Shown: positions 19,191 through 27,789, counted from the stretch's first letter. The stretch is DNA of 42,397 bases from Verrucomicrobiota bacterium (GCA_040388725.1 JAZKBH010000206.1:6757-49153), one strand, 5' to 3'. Program-made: numbers and translations. Notes: generated by a model not told the origin, from the sequence alone.

Positions 19191-19859
19191 ATGGTTTTAT
19201 TAAAAACAAAACAGATCCGACGATCGATCAAGTCGAAAAAGGCCGTTCGTAAGAAAACGCCAAGGGCGTCGAAAGTGAATCTCTCCTTTCCGGTCATCGC
19301 CATTGCGACTTCTGCCGGAGGCTTGAAAGCCTTGTCTGTGATTCTCGGAGGATTACCTGCCGATTTTCCGGCGGCGATTGCGATTGTCATGCATCTCTCT
19401 CCCGACCACAAAAGCCTTCTCGCAGATATTTTAAGTTGTCGTACGCCTTTAGCAGTCAAACAAGCCCATACAGGCGATCTCCTCCGTCCTTCGAGTGTCT
19501 TTGTCGCTCCTCCCAACCATCATCTTCTTGTGGCGAAGGGGGGGAAACTACGTCTCTCTTCGTCGACTTCCAAAAAAGTTCATTTTGCGCGTCCCTCGGC
19601 GGAACCTCTTTTTACCTCGGTGGCATCGGTTTATAAAAAAAAGGCCATTGCGATCGTTCTGACGGGGGGTGATGGCGATGGATCGATTGGGGTGCAGATC
19701 ATTAAGGAAAAAGGGGGTCTCGTCATCGCGCAAGATCGCCCGACATCGCAGGACTTCAGCATGCCTGAATCTTCAATCAAAACCGGGGATGTCGATTTTA
19801 TCCTTCCTTTAAGTGAGATCGCCCCCAAGTTGATTAAACTGGTGGGCATCGGCAGATAA
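19191..19859 (+). CDS. stand-alone CheB-type methylesterase domain protein (no receiver domain)
   Basis: 222 aa. Basic N-terminal tail, then ATSAGGLKAL (Ser nucleophile), VMHLSP and TGGDGDG, typical of the CheB catalytic domain. Confidence 0.85.
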   Translation: MVLLKTKQIRRSIKSKKAVRKKTPRASKVNLSFPVIAIATSAGGLKALSVILGGLPADFPAAIAIVMHLSPDHKSLLADILSCRTPLAVKQAHTGDLLRPSSVFVAPPNHHLLVAKGGKLRLSSSTSKKVHFARPSAEPLFTSVASVYKKKAIAIVLTGGDGDGSIGVQIIKEKGGLVIAQDRPTSQDFSMPESSIKTGDVDFILPLSEIAPKLIKLVGIGR

Positions 19860-19910
19860 GAAGATGATCTCCCCACGACTTTTTAAACTCGGTGGCGGCA
19901 GGATCAACGT

Positions 19911-22574
19911 ATGAAAACAAAATCTCCCCTCCCCCCGACAGGAAAGAAATCCGTTCATGCCTCGGCTAAAACTTTTTCTCTTTCGCGTGGAAATTCCTCT
20001 TTCCCGATCATTGGCATAGGAGCTTCCGCTGGAGGCCTTGAAGCCTTGGAGCAATTTTTTCGAGGAGTTCCTCTGAAGAGCGGCATGGCTTTTGTGATCG
20101 TTCAACATTTAGATCCGACACGCAAAGGGATCATGTCCGAGCTCCTTCAACGCGCGACTCCCATGAAGGTAACGCAGGTGAAAAATCGAACGGTGATCTC
20201 CCCCGACTGCGTTTATGTCATTCCCCCGAATAAAGAGATGTCTCTGCTACATGGAGTTCTCCATTTACTCGAACCTGTGGCCCCTCGCGGTCTCCGTTTA
20301 CCGATTGATTTTTTCTTTCGTTCCCTCGCCCAAGATCAGAAAGAGCAGAGTATGGGCGTCATTCTTTCGGGAATGGGGTCGGATGGCACTTTGGGACTAC
20401 GGGCAATCAAAGAGAAGTCGGGCGTTGTCTTTGTACAGGAACCATCGACCGCCAAATTTGAAAGCATGCCGCAGAGCTCGATTGCCGCAGGATTAGCGGA
20501 TATCGTCGCCCCCGCGGATAAACTCGCGGGAGAGATCATCGCCTATCTCAAGCAAAAACCGTTTCTCATCATGCCCGAAGTCTCCTTGGATGACAAAGAA
20601 CAGAGCTCCTTGGAAAAAGTGATCATTCTCCTTCGCTCTCATACCGGTAACGATTTTTCATTCTATAAGCGAAATACTCTTTATCGACGAATTGAACGTC
20701 GGATGAGCGTGCATCAAATTAGCAAGATCCCGACTTATATCCGCTACCTGCAGGAGAATTCTCAGGAACTCGATCTTCTTTTTAAAGAACTCTTGATTGG
20801 AGTGACCCAATTTTTCCGAGATGCCGCCATATGGAATCAATTGAGCACCAAAATCCTTCCTCCTATGCTCACCCATCGAACCTCGGGTTCCGCATTTCGC
20901 GCTTGGGTCCCCGGATGCTCGACCGGGGAAGAAGCGTACTCACTCGCCATCGTTCTCAAAGAAACGATTCAAAAAATTAATCCCAAGACTCATTTTACAA
21001 TCCAAATTTTTGCTACGGATCTGGATCGGGATGCGATTTATAAGGCGCGTCAGGGAGTTTTTTCAAAATCGATCACGGCCGACGTTTCAGCAGAGCGACT
21101 CAAACGGTTTTTTACCAAAAATGAGCAGAGCTATCGGGTGAACAAGGAGATTCGAGAAATGGTGATTTTTGCACCGCAGAATCTCATTCTCGATCCTCCC
21201 TTTACTAAGCTCGATCTCCTGAGCTGTCGCAATCTCTTGATTTATTTCACTTCCGACGCACAGAAAAAATTAATTCCCTTATTTCATTACAGCTTGGTTC
21301 CTGGTGGAATTTTACTCTTGGGAAGCGCCGAGACCATTGGAAATAGCCATGACCAATTTTCTTCTTTTCATGGAAAATCGAGAATCTTCACACGGTCAGA
21401 GACTCCCTTTCGACCGGATCAAATTGCCTTCTCCTCTCCGCTTCATCTTCCTAAAATCATGGAGCCCGAATTTTCTATATTGCCTAAACCTGAGGTCGGC
21501 CTTCAAACCCAAGCAGATCAGTTGGTTCTCCAGCATTATGCACCCCCTTCGGTGATTACCAACAAAGTCGGCGATATTCTTTATGTGAGTGGACGGACAG
21601 GGAAGTATTTGGAGCCCGCCGCAGGAAAAGCGAATTGGAATCTTTTTGCAATGGCTCAAGAGGGATTACGTTACGAACTCGAACACTCTTTTTCGAAAGT
21701 CCTTCAACAAAAAGAAAAAATAGTGCTTCGAGGTTTGAAAATCGAAACCCCGAATGGCGCAGAATTTGTCACCGTAACACTTCAACAACTGGATGAGACG
21801 GGCCCTTTGAAAGGATCCGTTATTATTCTTTTTACGGAAGCGAGTGCTCCGATGACCTCCGCTCGCGTCGGTCCGTCTCCCCAACTTCGTCTCCCCAATA
21901 CGGAACTGGCGAAATTAAAATTGGAACTTCAACAAGTTCACTCGGAGGCCCGTATCGCTCATGAGGAGATGCAAACCTCGCAGGAAGAACTTCGATCCAC
22001 GAATGAGGAACTGCAATCGACCAATGAAGAATTGCAATCCACCAACGAAGAGCTGACGACTTCGAAAGAAGAAATGCAATCGATGAATGAGGAACTTCAG
22101 ACCGTGAATACCGAGTTGCAGGCCAAAGTGGACGAGCTTTCGAGAACAAGCAACGATATGAAAAACCTGCTCGATAGTACGGATATCGCGACTCTCTTTT
22201 TGGACAAGGATCTCAAAGTTCGTCGGTTTACGCCTCAAGCGACCAAGATTATTAAATTGATCCCAAGCGATGCCGGGCGACCGATTACCGATCTCGCTTC
22301 GGAACTTCGCTACAGCGACCTTGCCGTGGATGCCAGAGAGGTCCTGCGAAAGCTGACCTCCCTCGAAAAACAGATCAGTACCGACGATGGGCGTTGGTTC
22401 ACCATACGCATCATGCCTTATCGAACGCTCGAAGAACGGATTGACGGTGTGGTCATCACTTTCACCAATATTACCGAATCCAAAACGTTGGAAGCCCAAC
22501 TGCGAAACAATCCCTCTCTCTTGAAAAAAAGCGCAAAGAAATCATCCAAAAAAAAGTCCGGTAAAAATCGTTAA
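19911..22574 (+). CDS. CheB-methylesterase / CheR-methyltransferase / PAS fusion protein with a heptad-repeat coiled coil
   Basis: 887 aa. CheB part: GASAGGLEAL, VQHLDP, GMGSDG. CheR part: WVPGCSTGEEAYSLAIVL, LLSCRNLLIYF. A PAS-like region follows, then eight EE(L/M)xSTN heptads, then a C-terminal PAS (FLDKDLKVRRFTP...ITFTNIT). Confidence 0.9.
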   Translation: MKTKSPLPPTGKKSVHASAKTFSLSRGNSSFPIIGIGASAGGLEALEQFFRGVPLKSGMAFVIVQHLDPTRKGIMSELLQRATPMKVTQVKNRTVISPDCVYVIPPNKEMSLLHGVLHLLEPVAPRGLRLPIDFFFRSLAQDQKEQSMGVILSGMGSDGTLGLRAIKEKSGVVFVQEPSTAKFESMPQSSIAAGLADIVAPADKLAGEIIAYLKQKPFLIMPEVSLDDKEQSSLEKVIILLRSHTGNDFSFYKRNTLYRRIERRMSVHQISKIPTYIRYLQENSQELDLLFKELLIGVTQFFRDAAIWNQLSTKILPPMLTHRTSGSAFRAWVPGCSTGEEAYSLAIVLKETIQKINPKTHFTIQIFATDLDRDAIYKARQGVFSKSITADVSAERLKRFFTKNEQSYRVNKEIREMVIFAPQNLILDPPFTKLDLLSCRNLLIYFTSDAQKKLIPLFHYSLVPGGILLLGSAETIGNSHDQFSSFHGKSRIFTRSETPFRPDQIAFSSPLHLPKIMEPEFSILPKPEVGLQTQADQLVLQHYAPPSVITNKVGDILYVSGRTGKYLEPAAGKANWNLFAMAQEGLRYELEHSFSKVLQQKEKIVLRGLKIETPNGAEFVTVTLQQLDETGPLKGSVIILFTEASAPMTSARVGPSPQLRLPNTELAKLKLELQQVHSEARIAHEEMQTSQEELRSTNEELQSTNEELQSTNEELTTSKEEMQSMNEELQTVNTELQAKVDELSRTSNDMKNLLDSTDIATLFLDKDLKVRRFTPQATKIIKLIPSDAGRPITDLASELRYSDLAVDAREVLRKLTSLEKQISTDDGRWFTIRIMPYRTLEERIDGVVITFTNITESKTLEAQLRNNPSLLKKSAKKSSKKKSGKNR
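21963..22130 (+). repeat. 21-nt (7-aa) tandem repeat inside the CheB-CheR-PAS gene
   Basis: EEMQTSQ EELRSTN EELQSTN EELQSTN EELTTSK EEMQSMN EELQTVN TELQAKV. Confidence 0.9.
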
Positions 22575-22598
22575 TTCGGAATACCCCCTCTTCCTCTT

Positions 22599-23987
22599 GT
22601 GAAACAAAAAACAACACTTCAAAAGAAATTCTCCACTCTGCGCCACCGTGCCGAACGCCTGATTTTAGAATCGGAGAAAAACATTTCGAAGGAGAAAACT
22701 CCCAAGTCGACCGGTGAATTTTTGCGCATGCTTCACGAACTCCAAGTGCAGCAGGTTGAACTTGAAATGCAAAATGAGGAACTTCAGGAGGCGCGGAATC
22801 GAATGGAATCCGCTTTGGAAAACTATACTGAGCTCTATGATTTTGCGCCGGTGGGCTATTTCACTCTTAGTCCCACGGGGATCATCCTTCAGGTCAATCT
22901 TACCGGAGCACGTTTTGCAGGAATCGAACGGTCGAGGCTGATTGGAAAATCTTTCACGTTTCTTCTTTCTCCCCTGGTTCGTTCCATTTTTCTTTCATTT
23001 CTCAAAGAGATCTTTGGAGGTCCCATTAAAAAATCCGCCGATTTCGAACTTTCAAGCGAATCAACATCCCCTCGAACGATCAACATTGAGGGGCAACGTT
23101 CTCCCCATGAGAAAGAATGTCATGTGGCGGTCATTGATATCACCGAACGGAAGGAAGCGGAGAGAGCCCGACGTCAGATTGAAGTGTTGGGAGCCTCAAA
23201 CCTAAAACTGGAACAGGAAATTCTTCGGCGTCAGAAAGGAGAGGAACTCCTGAAGAAAGGAGAGCGATATCAAAAGGATCTTTTGGCGCAATCCCAGGAG
23301 ATGCAAAAACAACTCCGATTATTTTCCCATCATATTCTTTCAACGCAGGAAGAAGAACGTAAGGAAATCAGTAGGGATTTGCATGACATCATCGTTCAGA
23401 CCCTGACAGGCATTAATCTCCGTCTTGCCACATTGAAAAAAACTTCCCCTATCACAACCAAGGGATTTGATCAAAAAATCGAACAAACTCAGAGGATGAT
23501 TGAAAAATCTGTGGGGATCATCCACCGGTTTGCCTGCGAATTACGTCCACCGGTTCTGGACGATCTCGGATTAATTCCTGCCCTTCAAACTTTTTTAGAA
23601 AATTTTAAAGAGCGAACCGGAGTTCAAACCTATTTAACGACTTTTCATCGGACCATCCCTTTGGAAATAAAGCAGCTCACGGTTCTTTTTCGTATCGCCC
23701 AAGAATCTCTGAATAATGTCGCCCGACATGCGCAAGCCAGTCATGTGAGCGTGAGCTTCGTCAAATCCTCTCATGAGATTTTGATGAAAATCGAAGACGA
23801 TGGAAAATCTTTTGATGTGAAGCGCATCTATAATTCCAAAGGGAGAAAACATCTCGGTCTTCTGGGAATGAGGGAACGCGTTGAAATGGTCTCCGGAACT
23901 TTTTCGATCCATTCCGCACCTGGCCAAGGAACGACCATTGAAGTTAAAATCCCATTTTTCAAAAACAAGGAAACCACCTCTTCATGA
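22599..23987 (+). CDS. PAS-domain sensor histidine kinase (HisKA_3/NarX-DesK type)
   Basis: 462 aa. N-terminal coiled coil ELEMQNEELQ, then PAS (YDFAPVGYFTLSPTGIIL). H-box EEERKEISRDLHDIIVQ (HisKA_3). HATPase_c (LNNVARHA, DDGKSFD, GLLGMRERV, GQGTTIEV). Confidence 0.9.
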   Translation: MKQKTTLQKKFSTLRHRAERLILESEKNISKEKTPKSTGEFLRMLHELQVQQVELEMQNEELQEARNRMESALENYTELYDFAPVGYFTLSPTGIILQVNLTGARFAGIERSRLIGKSFTFLLSPLVRSIFLSFLKEIFGGPIKKSADFELSSESTSPRTINIEGQRSPHEKECHVAVIDITERKEAERARRQIEVLGASNLKLEQEILRRQKGEELLKKGERYQKDLLAQSQEMQKQLRLFSHHILSTQEEERKEISRDLHDIIVQTLTGINLRLATLKKTSPITTKGFDQKIEQTQRMIEKSVGIIHRFACELRPPVLDDLGLIPALQTFLENFKERTGVQTYLTTFHRTIPLEIKQLTVLFRIAQESLNNVARHAQASHVSVSFVKSSHEILMKIEDDGKSFDVKRIYNSKGRKHLGLLGMRERVEMVSGTFSIHSAPGQGTTIEVKIPFFKNKETTSS

Positions 23988-24223
23988 AAATCAATAAGCT
24001 CCATCGCAAGGGGAAGCTCTCTCAAAAATTCAGGTTGATCAAATCCCGAAAGACGCATCTCCTCCGACTTTTCATTGCGCGAGCAACGACACGCTTTCTT
24101 CAAGCGAGCGAACTACGCCTGGGGAATTCTCAACGTCAATCAACGTTTCACGTTGGTGCCACGATCAAGACGCTCATTCACCTCCCCCTGAAACCGAAGG
24201 GAATTCCTTCTAAGAGATTATGA
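23984..24223 (+). CDS. possible small basic protein (79 aa) bridging the kinase and regulator genes
   Basis: Its ATG overlaps the kinase stop (ATGA, 23984-23987) and its TGA overlaps the regulator ATG (ATGA, 24220-24223). The frame is open across the whole 232-nt gap. Very K/R-rich with no recognisable domain. Confidence 0.35.
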   Translation: MKINKLHRKGKLSQKFRLIKSRKTHLLRLFIARATTRFLQASELRLGNSQRQSTFHVGATIKTLIHLPLKPKGIPSKRL

Positions 24224-24903
24224 AAAAAAATACATTACTCCTTGCCGATGATCATACGATGGTGCGCGAAGGCTTCCGAAAAATGCTGGAATTGGAAACC
24301 GATGTCGAAATTATCGGCGAGGCCAAAGATGGCCGCCAAGCCGTCGAGATGGCGATCAAACTTCGACCTGAGGTCGTCTTGATGGATATTGCGATGCCCC
24401 GCCTCAATGGATTGGAAGCGACCCGCCAACTTCTTAAAGCCCTCCCCAAGATCAAAATTCTCATTCTCTCCGCACACAGCGATGATGCTTACGTTCAAAG
24501 TGCCATCGAATCGGGAGCCGTCGGATTTCTATTAAAACAAACCTCCACCGCCGATGTCTGCAAAGCGATCCGGGAAGTACGCCAAGGGAAAACGTTTTTC
24601 TCTCCCTCGATTGTCAAACGACAAGCGCGACTCAAATCTCGAACAACCGTTCATACGGGCGTTTTTGATAAGAATAAAAAAGCGGCGACCTTGACCTCGC
24701 GCGAAATGGAAGTCCTTCAATTGATTGCTGAGGGAAAAGCAAATAAAGAGACCGCTGCCGAACTCGGCATTGGGATTAAAACCGTCGAAAAACATCGAGA
24801 ACATCTGATGGAGAAACTCGATATCCATGATACCGCCGGACTGACTCGCTATGCGATCAGTGCAGGAATCATTGAGAACAGCGTACAGATCACCATTCTT
24901 TAG
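24220..24903 (+). CDS. NarL/LuxR-family response regulator
   Basis: 227 aa. Receiver domain (LLADDH, VVLMDIAMPRLNG, ILILSAH) plus a LuxR-type HTH (LTSREMEVLQLIAEGKANKETAAELGIGIKTVEKHREHLMEKL). Confidence 0.92.
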   Translation: MKKNTLLLADDHTMVREGFRKMLELETDVEIIGEAKDGRQAVEMAIKLRPEVVLMDIAMPRLNGLEATRQLLKALPKIKILILSAHSDDAYVQSAIESGAVGFLLKQTSTADVCKAIREVRQGKTFFSPSIVKRQARLKSRTTVHTGVFDKNKKAATLTSREMEVLQLIAEGKANKETAAELGIGIKTVEKHREHLMEKLDIHDTAGLTRYAISAGIIENSVQITIL

Positions 24904-24957
24904 ATTTTTGGCTTTTCTCTCATAAAGCGTCCGATAGAGGGACGCATAAAAACTTCC

Positions 24958-25135
24958 TTAAAGACATTTATCTCACGCGACGACGCAACGACGCGATGTA
25001 AGAAAAAATAAATGGGATCAATAAAAGTGGAGAAATTTCTGCGCGGTTCTTTCCTCCTTTTCTTTGGTTTTAAGAAAATAGAATCGGATTGAACGTCGCG
25101 TCGTTGTGGCGTCGCGTGAGATAAATGTCTTTCAA
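24958..25135. repeat. 178-bp MITE-like element: family A terminal inverted repeats of about 41 bp around a 93-bp AT-rich core
   Basis: TTAAAGACATTTATCTCACGCGACGACGCAACGACGCGATG (24958-24998) versus the reverse complement of 25092-25135 (TTGAAAGACATTTATCTCACGCGACGCCACAACGACGCGACGTT). There are 23 consecutive identical nt and about 37 of 41 overall. Confidence 0.8.
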
Positions 25136-25174
25136 TGAATTTTTCGGAAGTTGTCCTGCATTCAACTTCTTCGA

Positions 25175-25193
25175 GTAGGGTTACACCCCATAG
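25175..25193 (+). promoter_or_regulatory. conserved 19-nt element, copy 1
   Basis: GTAGGGTTACACCCCATAG, 83 nt upstream of ATG 25276. Confidence 0.6.
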
Positions 25194-25275
25194 TCTCTTT
25201 TTGCCTCTTCTACTACTCTTTGACCATGAGGAACAAAATCTCCTCAGAAAACTCCCAATAAAAGTGAAACCTCTT

Positions 25276-25860
25276 ATGCCAAAAAAATCCGTATTCTGCG
25301 TCGCCAATACCCGGGAGCAAGCAGATCGAGTGGTCTTCCAACTAAAAGCCGCCAATTTCTGTCATGACGATATCTCCGTCATTTTTCTCGATAAGGAAAT
25401 TCCTCACCATTTTGTCCCTGAAAAAAATACTCCGATTCCCGAAGGAATCGTTGCTGGGGTGAGTTTAGGAGGAATTTCGGGAGGTCTCTTCGGTTGGATG
25501 ATTGGAATTGGAGCCTTGAGCATTCCCGTCGTCGATGCCTTCATTGTCGTCAGTCCTCTTTTGGAAGCATTCCGTGAAGCCGCCATGGGTGCAACGGTCG
25601 GAGGACTCATCGGGGGACTCATGGGAATGGTCATCCAGGCAATCGAAATCAAATGTAACAAGGAAAAGACCAAACTAAACCACATTCTCATTTCAGTTCA
25701 CACCGAATGCACCGATGAAATCTTTCGTGCTCGAAAAATCTTCACCCAGATAGGAACGAAGGACATTTGTACCAACGGAACATATTCGGCTTCCTTCGAG
25801 AACTCCAAAAACAATTCCTTCTCGAATCGCGGTAAAAATCTTGTCGCCATGCAGTCTTAA
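25276..25860 (+). CDS. general-stress-protein-like membrane protein (YflT/GSP17M-type N-domain plus glycine-zipper segment)
   Basis: I trimmed the 241-aa track ORF to Met48 (MPKKSVFCVANTREQADRVVFQLKAANFCHDDISVIF), because the upstream part covers a repeat arm and the 19-nt element. The middle is a Gly-zipper (GVSLGGISGGLFGWMIGIGAL...GATVGGLIGGLMGM). Confidence 0.6.
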   Translation: MPKKSVFCVANTREQADRVVFQLKAANFCHDDISVIFLDKEIPHHFVPEKNTPIPEGIVAGVSLGGISGGLFGWMIGIGALSIPVVDAFIVVSPLLEAFREAAMGATVGGLIGGLMGMVIQAIEIKCNKEKTKLNHILISVHTECTDEIFRARKIFTQIGTKDICTNGTYSASFENSKNNSFSNRGKNLVAMQS

Positions 25861-26009
25861 TCGCCTTTTTTCTAAGATCGATTGCTTAGAAAATTATGGG
25901 AGATGAATCCTGCTAAGGACCCCCTTTTTAAATCGCTCCCAAAGATGCTAAAATTCGACGTGGGTGATCTCTTTAAAAAATATTTTTGTACACCTCAAGG
26001 AGTTTTATC

Positions 26010-26162
26010 ATGGGTATTATTTTATTGATCGTTCTTGTTCTGATGATGATTGGAGCATTTCCCGCATGGCCTCATAGCCACGATTGGGGATATTACCCCA
26101 GCGGGGGACTCAGCATGATTTTAATCATTTTGGTTATTCTGATTTTGCTCGGAAAAATTTAA
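26010..26162 (+). CDS. DUF3309-like small membrane protein (50 aa)
   Basis: Below the ORF-track size cut-off. AAGGAG at 25997-26002, 7 nt before the ATG. MGIILLIVLVLMMIGAFPAWPHSHDWGYYPSGGLSMILIILVILILLGKI matches my memory of the DUF3309 pattern (two TM segments flanking WPYS..WGY.PSGG). Confidence 0.65.
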   Translation: MGIILLIVLVLMMIGAFPAWPHSHDWGYYPSGGLSMILIILVILILLGKI

Positions 26163-26313
26163 GCCATACGAATCTGTGGTGGCAGCTCAGGCGGCTCTTC
26201 TTGATCGCGCGCAATAGTCAAGCGATCCAGGGAAGGTATTCCCCCAATGTTTTTATGATCCTCCCCATCCTATTATCGATGCAAATACTGTATTTATTGA
26301 TGAACTCATCCTC

Positions 26314-27510
26314 ATGAAAACTTCCCAACCCTCTCTTTTGATTATGAATGGGGGTTCATCGAGCATTAAGTTCGCTCTCTATAAACACGGGGAACCTCTC
26401 ACACGAGAACTTCATGGAAAGATTGATCAGATCGGGAGCAAAGGAACAAGCCTGACCTTCAATGATCCCACCCAGAATCCGTCGGAGAAAAAAAGAATCG
26501 TTGTACCCGATCATTCATCGGCCGCGAATTTTCTAATTCACTGGCTTGAAGAACAGATCCACTTTGAATTCGTGAAGGCCGTGGGACATCGTCTCGTTCA
26601 CGGCTTACAACATACCGCTCCCGAAAGAGTCACTCAGAAACTTTTAGATGAACTCCGTGGGATGAGTCCGTATGATCCGGAACATCTTCCGAGCGAGATC
26701 GAGATGATCGATCTCTTTTGTCAACGCCATCCTCAACTTCCCCAAGTCGTCTGCTTTGACACGGCATTTCATCATGAGATGCCACGGATCGCTAAATGTC
26801 TGCCGATTCCAAGACGCTTTGAAGCGAAGGGAATTCAACGCTACGGGTTCCATGGTTTATCTTATTCTTTTCTGATGGAAGAACTCCTCCGCATCGGGGA
26901 TCCCACCGCGTCCCAAGGCCGCGTGATCCTCGCTCATCTGGGCAACGGAGCCAGTCTCGCCGCCATTCTGAATGGGAAAAGCATCGAGACGAGTATGGGC
27001 TTCACTCCCGCATCCGGATTGATGATGAGTACCCGTTCCGGTGATCTCGATCCCGGATTAATTCATTACTTGGCACAAACCGAACAAATGACTCCGACTC
27101 AATTTAATCACATGGTCAACCACGAGTCTGGTCTGCTCGGCATTTCCGAAACCAGTTCCGATATGCGGGATCTGCTCGCGATAGAAGCCCATGACCCACG
27201 CGCTGCAGAAGCGATCGCCTTATTTTGTTATCAGGTTAAAAAATGGATCGGCTCCTTCGCTGCTGTCTTGGGTGGATTGGATACCCTCGTCTTTTCCGGG
27301 GGAATTGGCGAAAACTCTCCCTCCATTCGCACGCGAATCTGCGCCGGGCTTGATTTTCTCGGCATCGAATTGGATGAAAATTTAAACCAAAAAAATTCAT
27401 CCCTAATTTCAAATGCCTCTGGACGCGTCACGGTTCGAGTGATTCCCACGGACGAAGAGCAAATGATTGCCCGATCCGTTAGTCGTCTGATGAGTAAAAA
27501 ATTGAAATAA
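26314..27510 (+). CDS. ackA: acetate kinase
   Basis: 398 aa with LIMNGGSSSIKFALY at the N-terminus, RYGFHGLSY, AHLGNGASL and VFSGGIGENS. Confidence 0.92.
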   Translation: MKTSQPSLLIMNGGSSSIKFALYKHGEPLTRELHGKIDQIGSKGTSLTFNDPTQNPSEKKRIVVPDHSSAANFLIHWLEEQIHFEFVKAVGHRLVHGLQHTAPERVTQKLLDELRGMSPYDPEHLPSEIEMIDLFCQRHPQLPQVVCFDTAFHHEMPRIAKCLPIPRRFEAKGIQRYGFHGLSYSFLMEELLRIGDPTASQGRVILAHLGNGASLAAILNGKSIETSMGFTPASGLMMSTRSGDLDPGLIHYLAQTEQMTPTQFNHMVNHESGLLGISETSSDMRDLLAIEAHDPRAAEAIALFCYQVKKWIGSFAAVLGGLDTLVFSGGIGENSPSIRTRICAGLDFLGIELDENLNQKNSSLISNASGRVTVRVIPTDEEQMIARSVSRLMSKKLK

Positions 27511-27789
27511 TACGAATCTCCATTTCTATAATGAGATTAGAAAAATCTTAAGAATAAACCAAACAAACCCCGATAAAATCGCATACGTGTCAAATGAAGT
27601 GAAATACAGGAGTTGCATCGATAACAGGATGGGGAGGATCATTGAAATTGAGTTCGAAAACTTGATAATTGAAAAACCCCCTCTGAATTTTTATCCACTT
27701 CATCCTGATATCGATGCTGAATTTTCCACCATCCTTTTCTCATTTATCCCTTTCATCGTTTTTAGATCCATGTAAATTTTCTCTATACC

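Noticed and set aside
21915-22499. 194-aa antisense ORF opposite the coiled-coil region, and the many other antisense or out-of-frame ORFs in the track (for example 13377-14033, 14706-15173, 16258-17403, 28009-29214, 35890-36441).
   Set aside because: All are embedded in long ORFs with clear family signatures on the other strand or frame. Open antisense frames are expected in biased or repetitive coding sequence.
24927-24945. GCGTCC-GATAGAG-GGACGC hairpin after the response-regulator stop, as a terminator.
   Set aside because: The stem is short (6 bp) with no following T-tract on the coding strand. The adjacent 178-bp inverted-repeat element is a more likely transcription block.
24900-25355. 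151-aa minus-strand ORF in the regulator-to-stress-protein gap.
   Set aside because: It runs straight through both arms of the MITE-like inverted repeat and the 19-nt element. Its composition is Arg/Ser/Phe-rich and non-protein-like, and it overlaps the start of the + strand gene.
26086-26106. GGGGATATTACCCCAGC inside the DUF3309-like gene and ATGGGGCACCCAT at 38811-38826 inside cbpA, as possible extra element copies.
   Set aside because: Both are in coding sequence with the wrong spacer length and flanks, so the resemblance is probably chance.
26231-26249. GGAAGGTATTCCCCCAATG, a weak look-alike of the 19-nt element 65 nt upstream of ackA.
   Set aside because: Only about 12 of 19 positions match, and the GGGT/ACCC arms are not preserved. 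It is not counted as a copy, although the distance to the start is similar to the genuine sites.
26084-26317. 77-aa ORF overlapping the DUF3309-like gene.
   Set aside because: It is out of frame with a better-supported small gene that has a consensus RBS, and its product has no features.
27587-27775. 62-aa GTG-initiated ORF just upstream of the ABC permease.
   Set aside because: It has no RBS and no recognisable motif, and it lies in an AT-rich leader. Evidence is insufficient to call it.
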